Shown here piece after piece: positions 58,330 through 64,000 of a stretch of DNA of 64,000 nt. The stretch is from a virus (lineage: Duplodnaviria; Caudoviricetes): positions 64,001 to 128,000 of the IMG/VR virus record IMGVR_UViG_3300028804_000001; one strand, given 5' to 3'. The notes under the pieces are model-generated. The model worked only from the letters and a program-made list of their open reading frames with translations, did not search any database and was not told the DNA's origin. Position 1 is the first letter of the stretch. Each line of letters starts with the position of its first letter. A program made the translations under genes and the position numbers.

Positions 58330-59604
58330 TTATTTAGAAAGAAGTGTTTGTCTACCGTAGAAGATTACCTTCCAGCCTTTTGAAACAGCATAAGGTATTA
58401 CTAATCTTCCCTTCCCAGAGATACCATCTTCGGAGAAATGTAGATGGTTATCTTTAAGAATGCAGTCAGTATCATCGATGAGAATAAGAGATTGATCGTG
58501 GAGTTTATCTTCAGCTGCCTGGAAAGCCTCGAGATGTCTCTGTGCAGATTCTGGCATATCCATATCCCAGGCATCAAGGAATAAGAGATCTATCTTCTGA
58601 TTGTGCTTTTGAAGGAATTCGATCCCATCCATTGCAAAACCAGTAATCTTTTTACCAGTAGCTTTAAGACATTCAAGCTTTGCATTATCCATATTAGTTG
58701 GATTGATGTCGATAGTAATAAAGTTATCAGTTTCTCTAGCCCAGAAAATAGAGCTATGGCCATCCATGCAGCAATCTATATTGAGCTGGTCTATAGGATG
58801 ATTGAGAGGCATTCTTGCACAACCAATCTCTACAATAGAATTCAGGTTTCTCTTTCTAAACATCTCGAGAGCTCTCTCGATATATGTTTTGGGGAATTCT
58901 CTTTTCTCTGGAACTAGTAACATCTTTGGCTCTCCTTCAATTATATTATCTAATATCAAGTGCGGAAGAAGATTAACTGCACATGCAGATTCATACATAC
59001 TCCCAATATGTATTCTAAGATAAGTTGGATCTAATCTGCAGAATGCATCAAGATATAATATAAAACCTAGCTCCCTAGTTTCTTTTGGGAGGTCATCCAT
59101 ATACAGCTTATATGTTGCATGTAATAGAGTTCTAAAAGCTGTATTCGCATCAGGCCTAAGACCTGGATTTCCAGAAGAGAAATAATTATCGATTATGTTT
59201 AATGCATCCAGAAATACCATTGAAGGATTAAGCATCACAAACTTTGGTTTGGCTAATGCTGCTATTCTTGAAAAGAATCTGCTATATACTTTATCTCTGG
59301 ACTCGGGAGTTTTATACCATTCTGGAATAGGTATCTGTCTAACCGCGGTTAGTTGAAAACATCCAACCTGATCCCAGGATTCAATTGCTGGGTTACCCTC
59401 AAAATCCCACAAGCAGGGATTCGAGAAATTGTTATGTATATAATTTAAGGCTAATACTGAGTTCTTATATTTAGAAGCATGAAAGAGATCAGGTGAGCAT
59501 AATCTTGGAGGATATACCTTTGGTAGGATCTTAGTAGCCCCAGGAGCCCACTGAGTATTATTTAAACCAATTCCATTTTCATCTGTCAGTTTATAAAGCC
59601 TCAT
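58330..59604 (-). CDS. fusion: phage-type N-terminal domain plus class I methyltransferase
   Basis: C-terminal IVEIG, TIDI, DLLFLD, LIDD; N-terminal YKLTD...TQW...LC. Confidence 0.7.
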   Translation of the reverse strand: MRLYKLTDENGIGLNNTQWAPGATKILPKVYPPRLCSPDLFHASKYKNSVLALNYIHNNFSNPCLWDFEGNPAIESWDQVGCFQLTAVRQIPIPEWYKTPESRDKVYSRFFSRIAALAKPKFVMLNPSMVFLDALNIIDNYFSSGNPGLRPDANTAFRTLLHATYKLYMDDLPKETRELGFILYLDAFCRLDPTYLRIHIGSMYESACAVNLLPHLILDNIIEGEPKMLLVPEKREFPKTYIERALEMFRKRNLNSIVEIGCARMPLNHPIDQLNIDCCMDGHSSIFWARETDNFITIDINPTNMDNAKLECLKATGKKITGFAMDGIEFLQKHNQKIDLLFLDAWDMDMPESAQRHLEAFQAAEDKLHDQSLILIDDTDCILKDNHLHFSEDGISGKGRLVIPYAVSKGWKVIFYGRQTLLSK

Positions 59605-60401
59605 GGATCCTTTGCTCCTTTCATATTAAACCATGTATGGAGAGTAAATAGATGATAATCGGTCATGGCTTTAGATGCTATCTCCGATTGAATATCACTA
59701 TCTGTCCATACAATATCTTCAAAAGATGATGCAAATCTTCCTATCGATACACTATTAGTTTCTCTAAAAGAGTACAGTCCGGGATGGAATTTATGCACAT
59801 ACTGACCATAAATTTCAGGCTCGCCAGGGAAGCAATCCTTGGTAATTATCTCTATCGATTTTTCGATAAAAGATTCAACAGTAAAACCGTATCTATCCAG
59901 CAGTTCACGGATAATTAATTTATCCATGAAGTTCATATCATTTATAAAAGTATGTGGATATACTCTAGGGAGATCAAATACCTTCTCCTGGAATTCAAAA
60001 TATGGGCGGTGGTCTTGTTCCCAACCCATCCAGAATATCCTTCTGCCATCTGTTTCAAACATAGGCATTCTTCTATTGATGATAACATCAGAGTCTACTG
60101 TTAGAAATAGATCATTCTGAGTTACATTTTGGAACATCTTTAAATATTGTTGATATATCCAATTGGGACGATATGGAAATCTAGATGTATCAATATCTAA
60201 AATCTCCCTATCATTCAGTAAATGAATAGGGTATCTGGAATCTGGTATATAGCCAGAGAATAAGTTTTTATCTGGAACAGTTATATATATGTTAGAGAAA
60301 CCACTAATGTTTCTCTCAATAGAAGGAATAAGATATTTAAGCTTATTCCTATCCTTGGGTGCAGCAGGAATTAGAATATCGTACGGAGCACTCATTAACA
60401 C
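59601..60401 (-). CDS. DUF6492-like putative glycosyltransferase
   Basis: KD, W..QQ.LK, DSD, E.YG. Confidence 0.65.
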   Translation of the reverse strand: MLMSAPYDILIPAAPKDRNKLKYLIPSIERNISGFSNIYITVPDKNLFSGYIPDSRYPIHLLNDREILDIDTSRFPYRPNWIYQQYLKMFQNVTQNDLFLTVDSDVIINRRMPMFETDGRRIFWMGWEQDHRPYFEFQEKVFDLPRVYPHTFINDMNFMDKLIIRELLDRYGFTVESFIEKSIEIITKDCFPGEPEIYGQYVHKFHPGLYSFRETNSVSIGRFASSFEDIVWTDSDIQSEIASKAMTDYHLFTLHTWFNMKGAKDP

Positions 60402-61210
60402 TTCACCAATATATGATTAGAATTTGGTATAAACATATCCTGGGCAGATCCAGCGGACCAATAAGAAGGAGCCGCGGGTTGTGGAATAAATACTCTCTCT
60501 GCATCAGATAGGAAAGAAGCCCACCAGGCATATGAACTATTTGAGCAGATGATATTGTTAAAAGCCTTTAGGAATTTAAAATCATCAATGGATGATTTAT
60601 TATCATAGTATACTGCTTTAAATGCTGTATATTTGTTCACAAAGTAATCAATGGTATCATTAGATAAACTCTTACCAACAAAATAAAGCTTCTTTATCTT
60701 ACTGGAATTTTCCTCAATGATTCTATCATAATATGAAAATGGAAGTTGGTTAGATCCAAGAAGATAATCTTCGTGCCTGATATGGAATACCCATTCATCT
60801 GGTCCAGGCATCACCAGCTTAGAACCCCAATCTGGTAGATAAAACCATTCCTTTAACTTATCTCTCCATGGTGTATAGTAGTGATATCTCTGAAAGAACC
60901 CGTGTAAAATTAATCCTCTCTGATTATTGGTTGATCCAATTATCTCTTCTACAGAATTAAAAGGATGTTCGTTTATCATTACCGGTTCTGGAAGAACCTT
61001 ACCATCTATAAAGTCGGGGCAGTTCTTGAAATAATCCTGGTTATCAAAACGAGTAGAACCATGCTCTAATGGAATACCATAAGTTTGCAATAGATCTTGA
61101 TTCTGATTAACTGTATCTAATCTATTCCCAGTAATCTCGTGGATAATTCTTCCTAGTCCATATTGAAATAGATTGTTACCCATCCGGCCTATGTAGTGGA
61201 TCCTGATCAT
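60395..61210 (-). CDS. GT11-like glycosyltransferase
   Basis: GRMGNNLFQY, GFFQ, HIR..DY, SNSSYAWWA. Confidence 0.85.
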   Translation of the reverse strand: MIRIHYIGRMGNNLFQYGLGRIIHEITGNRLDTVNQNQDLLQTYGIPLEHGSTRFDNQDYFKNCPDFIDGKVLPEPVMINEHPFNSVEEIIGSTNNQRGLILHGFFQRYHYYTPWRDKLKEWFYLPDWGSKLVMPGPDEWVFHIRHEDYLLGSNQLPFSYYDRIIEENSSKIKKLYFVGKSLSNDTIDYFVNKYTAFKAVYYDNKSSIDDFKFLKAFNNIICSNSSYAWWASFLSDAERVFIPQPAAPSYWSAGSAQDMFIPNSNHILVKC

Positions 61211-61995
61211 TTTGTTTCACCTTTCCAGCTTTGTATATATGAGCGCAAATCTTCTTCTGTCATTGCAAGAACTTTATCATACTCTTCTTTATTCTTTATG
61301 CTATGTGGAGTTCCTGGAGAGCTATTAATCCCACGTGGATGGCTAACATGATAGATAACTCCAGGACTTCTTTTAAGTCTAAGTCCTAGTCTTTGAAATC
61401 TATAAAAGAATTCGTTATCTTCCCATCCCCATGATCTAAAGTTCTCGTTGCCACCACCAACAGAATCCCAGGATTCCTTTTTTATAAAGAATGCCCCACC
61501 GGGAGAGTTATTAGATAATATACAGAAGTTCTTATCGCTAAGCATGTAGAGACTCATGTTGCTATTTCTTATTTGTTCTACATATAGCCTATCGATATCA
61601 AGGAAAGATCCATTGAATGGATAGATAACATCGGCTTTATTCTTTCTTAAATCATCAACTGCATCCATATATTGTTCTCTTCTCATGAGAACATCTGCAT
61701 CATAGATGCATACATACGGAGTCTCTGCTGCCTTAACTAGTATATTGAGAACACGGGTTTTATGAAAAAGTTCAGAAGCGGATTGAATAAAGATACATTT
61801 AATTCCAGATCCTTCGAATAGAACCGGATCTAGAAGAGGTCTTGCGCAGTGTTCACCTATTAGGATATTAGTATCAAAATGCCATAACAGATAATCACAG
61901 ATTAGATGAAGGTTTTCTTTTCTTTCAGTTGAATCTATCTTTATAGGAATAACAAACGTTACATCCTTTAGATCTACTTTCTTCCGTCCTTCCAT
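61207..61995 (-). CDS. GT2/GT7-like glycosyltransferase
   Basis: R..NL, F.K...N, DAD, GG, GG.NE.F..WGWED. Confidence 0.85.
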   Translation of the reverse strand: MEGRKKVDLKDVTFVIPIKIDSTERKENLHLICDYLLWHFDTNILIGEHCARPLLDPVLFEGSGIKCIFIQSASELFHKTRVLNILVKAAETPYVCIYDADVLMRREQYMDAVDDLRKNKADVIYPFNGSFLDIDRLYVEQIRNSNMSLYMLSDKNFCILSNNSPGGAFFIKKESWDSVGGGNENFRSWGWEDNEFFYRFQRLGLRLKRSPGVIYHVSHPRGINSSPGTPHSIKNKEEYDKVLAMTEEDLRSYIQSWKGETK

Positions 61996-62489
61996 GTGAA
62001 TGAAAAAGCTAGTATGCTTTCTTGTGTATATCCCGGTATAGTATAGTCAGGAACAAGGAACTTCTTAAGAATTTCCGACTTCGTGATATTGGTATATATT
62101 CCCTCGCCTTCGGTCAAGGTAAAAATACCTCCTGAGTAATTAATAAGGGCGTATGGTTTAAGCCGGCTTGAATCTTTAATCAGGAACGATGGATGGTATG
62201 CACTCTTACGTTTGCCTTTGCCTTCTATAACCAAACGACGATCTATTCTATCGGGTTCATCCACAGGTATGGCCACCTGTCGAAGCTTAACCAACCCATT
62301 TGTTTTTTCTTCTAGAGATTCCGCAAAAGCATGTATATTGATCAGGTGATCATTAAGACCACCTGCCCAATCATTAAGGATTTTGTGTACTGCTGCATCA
62401 ACAGCACCTTCAATAACGCTGTCTTCTATCTCTTGAGAAAACGTAGATAGTATGAACTTTGTTATTCTAAGTAACGAATTCTCTGTCAT
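61974..62489 (-). CDS. hypothetical protein
   Basis: 171 aa. Confidence 0.6.
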   Translation of the reverse strand: MTENSLLRITKFILSTFSQEIEDSVIEGAVDAAVHKILNDWAGGLNDHLINIHAFAESLEEKTNGLVKLRQVAIPVDEPDRIDRRLVIEGKGKRKSAYHPSFLIKDSSRLKPYALINYSGGIFTLTEGEGIYTNITKSEILKKFLVPDYTIPGYTQESILAFSFTWKDGRK

Positions 62490-62498
62490 AGGGAATTG

Positions 62499-62912
62499 TT
62501 AGAACAAGAACACTCCTACCAAAACACCTAGAAGAAGTGTCGTAGCGTAGCTTCCAATTGTTCCTAAAGTGTCCTGAACTTTATCAATAAACGTTTTTCT
62601 TTTCTGCACTTCATCGAATCTGATATAGAGTTTATGCTTCTGGAAGGTTTTCCTAACCCTTACCCAGTCAGCACCAACATCTACCAGGGTTTCTCTAATA
62701 AGCTTTGGTCTTGCTTTAAAAACAAGGATATAGTCCTCTACGAGTTTATCAATACACTCATCCTTTTCTCTTCCATTGAGAATTTTACACTTCTCAATAT
62801 CATTTGCAATAAGTGAATCTTCCTCTTGCTCAAGCTTAGTATCAGTAGGCTGGAGAGTCCCACATGAAACTAGCCCCGAAAATAAAATTACAATCAAGAT
62901 AAACTTTTTCAT
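62499..62912 (-). CDS. lipoprotein with C-terminal TM segment (u-spanin-like topology)
   Basis: LVSC lipobox and hydrophobic C-terminus. Confidence 0.55.
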   Translation of the reverse strand: MKKFILIVILFSGLVSCGTLQPTDTKLEQEEDSLIANDIEKCKILNGREKDECIDKLVEDYILVFKARPKLIRETLVDVGADWVRVRKTFQKHKLYIRFDEVQKRKTFIDKVQDTLGTIGSYATTLLLGVLVGVFLF

Positions 62913-63199
62913 TTCAGAACTCCTGTTTCGGGTGGGAATGCTTTATCGCATTGTTGATATACAGAGTCAGGCGTCATCTGACGCATACACTCTCTCCAAT
63001 CAGAAAATGATTTCGGATCTACTTTATTGGCTGGCGTCGATGGTTTTACACCATCTAAGGGTTTCTTTCCCCATCTATCGTATGGATCATTGAACTTAAC
63101 CCATCCACCATATCCAGCAGCACCAATTAAAAGGAACAAAGCAATGGCAAGAACCGGATGTGTTTTTGCCCATTCCCAAAAGCTTTTGATTGTTTCCAT
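62909..63199 (-). CDS. membrane-anchored small protein
   Basis: N-terminal TM segment, two Cys. Confidence 0.6.
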   Translation of the reverse strand: METIKSFWEWAKTHPVLAIALFLLIGAAGYGGWVKFNDPYDRWGKKPLDGVKPSTPANKVDPKSFSDWRECMRQMTPDSVYQQCDKAFPPETGVLK

Positions 63200-63903
63200 T
63201 ACATACCTACCGAAGTTAGATAATCATTAAAGGCTGGCATAAATCCTTTACGGTAGCCTTCCTCATTGATATGGACAGCATCTCCACAATTGTATTCTGG
63301 TCTAACCCATCCATTTGGGCCGGCCAGATATTTTCTCAGGGGGATATAATCGCAGAAAGCTGCAGCTTCCACCATAGCATTAAAGTGCGGGATCTTTTCA
63401 AAGTTTAACTTGTTCCAACTATCTGTTGGCTTATAACCAAGAGGAAGAATCTCCATCCATCCAATATGCTGTACGCCGCTAGCTTTAAGAAGGTTAACAT
63501 AATCTCTGAGATCTAGAAGAACTAGATCAAGAGGTCTATTTCCCCACATATCATTTCCACAAATGTGAGTGATAACAGTCTTAGGCTTATAGATAGCTAC
63601 AGTAGTTAAAGCTCTTTCGTACAACCATCTAGCTCTATCACCACCAATAGCAGAATCAAAGATTTTTCTATTCCCATTGGCGGTAGAATCTTCTACAATA
63701 GGTTCTCCACCATGCATGATGGAATCACCAGTGGCCACTATATCACATTGACCATTTACAATGGCATCTGCTCTTCTATAATCAGCTAACTTATTATAAA
63801 GGAACGGTCTCTTATCGCTGTAAAGATTCTTATCAAGATTATGCTTATAAGCATAAAGTTGGAACTCACTTACTTTCTTTCTATACCATTGTCCGATTGT
63901 CAT
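63199..63903 (-). CDS. SGNH/GDSL hydrolase
   Basis: GDS, G, GND, D.VH. Confidence 0.85.
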   Translation of the reverse strand: MTIGQWYRKKVSEFQLYAYKHNLDKNLYSDKRPFLYNKLADYRRADAIVNGQCDIVATGDSIMHGGEPIVEDSTANGNRKIFDSAIGGDRARWLYERALTTVAIYKPKTVITHICGNDMWGNRPLDLVLLDLRDYVNLLKASGVQHIGWMEILPLGYKPTDSWNKLNFEKIPHFNAMVEAAAFCDYIPLRKYLAGPNGWVRPEYNCGDAVHINEEGYRKGFMPAFNDYLTSVGM

Positions 63904-64000
63904 GTTATCTCCTATAACCAGTAACTTAATGTTCCACGTTCTTTAATATCTTCGTAGCTGCCCGATGTTAATACTACTTGTTCTGCAGAGCTATACGCAT

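Noticed and set aside
1-64000. Genome-wide TAG reassignment implied by the suppressor tRNA
   Set aside because: Long genes are intact under the standard code and many genes end at TAG with the next gene close by. Only the pth gene shows an internal TAG. Genes outside the window cannot be judged.

Overview
This window looks like part of a large, AT-rich tailed phage genome. It has dense short orphan ORFs, tRNAs, SSB, dCMP deaminase and a virion-protein family. A spirochaete-style lipoprotein and an SspB-like gene suggest a Leptospiraceae-like host (inference). Positions 1-32.2 kb are almost all transcribed leftward and encode two unrelated two-barrel RNA polymerases. One is a split beta-N plus betaC/beta' fusion with GDFDGD. 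The other is a YonO/QDE-1-like single subunit bracketed by two hammerhead ribozymes. About 15 intergenic TTTTTCAG elements punctuate this arm. Positions 32.3-46.6 kb hold auxiliary genes (papain protease, GGDEF-EAL, SGNH hydrolase, Fcl, NYN). Positions 46.6-62 kb are a 19-gene glycosylation cluster (rmlBACD, glycosyltransferases, methyltransferases). Best candidates for new biology: (1) a Cas7/RAMP-like gene preceded by a 19-unit NN-GGY pentamer array, a possible non-CRISPR RNA-guided system; (2) a Pth2-like gene with an in-frame TAG at codon 4, followed by an amber suppressor tRNA and two aberrant tRNA-like RNAs; (3) the hammerhead-flanked polymerase and an adjacent ~0.8 kb block of structured ncRNAs; (4) a shared MS[IL]K[DEN][RK]L peptide on many unrelated proteins. 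All assignments come from reading motifs by eye; no database search was run.
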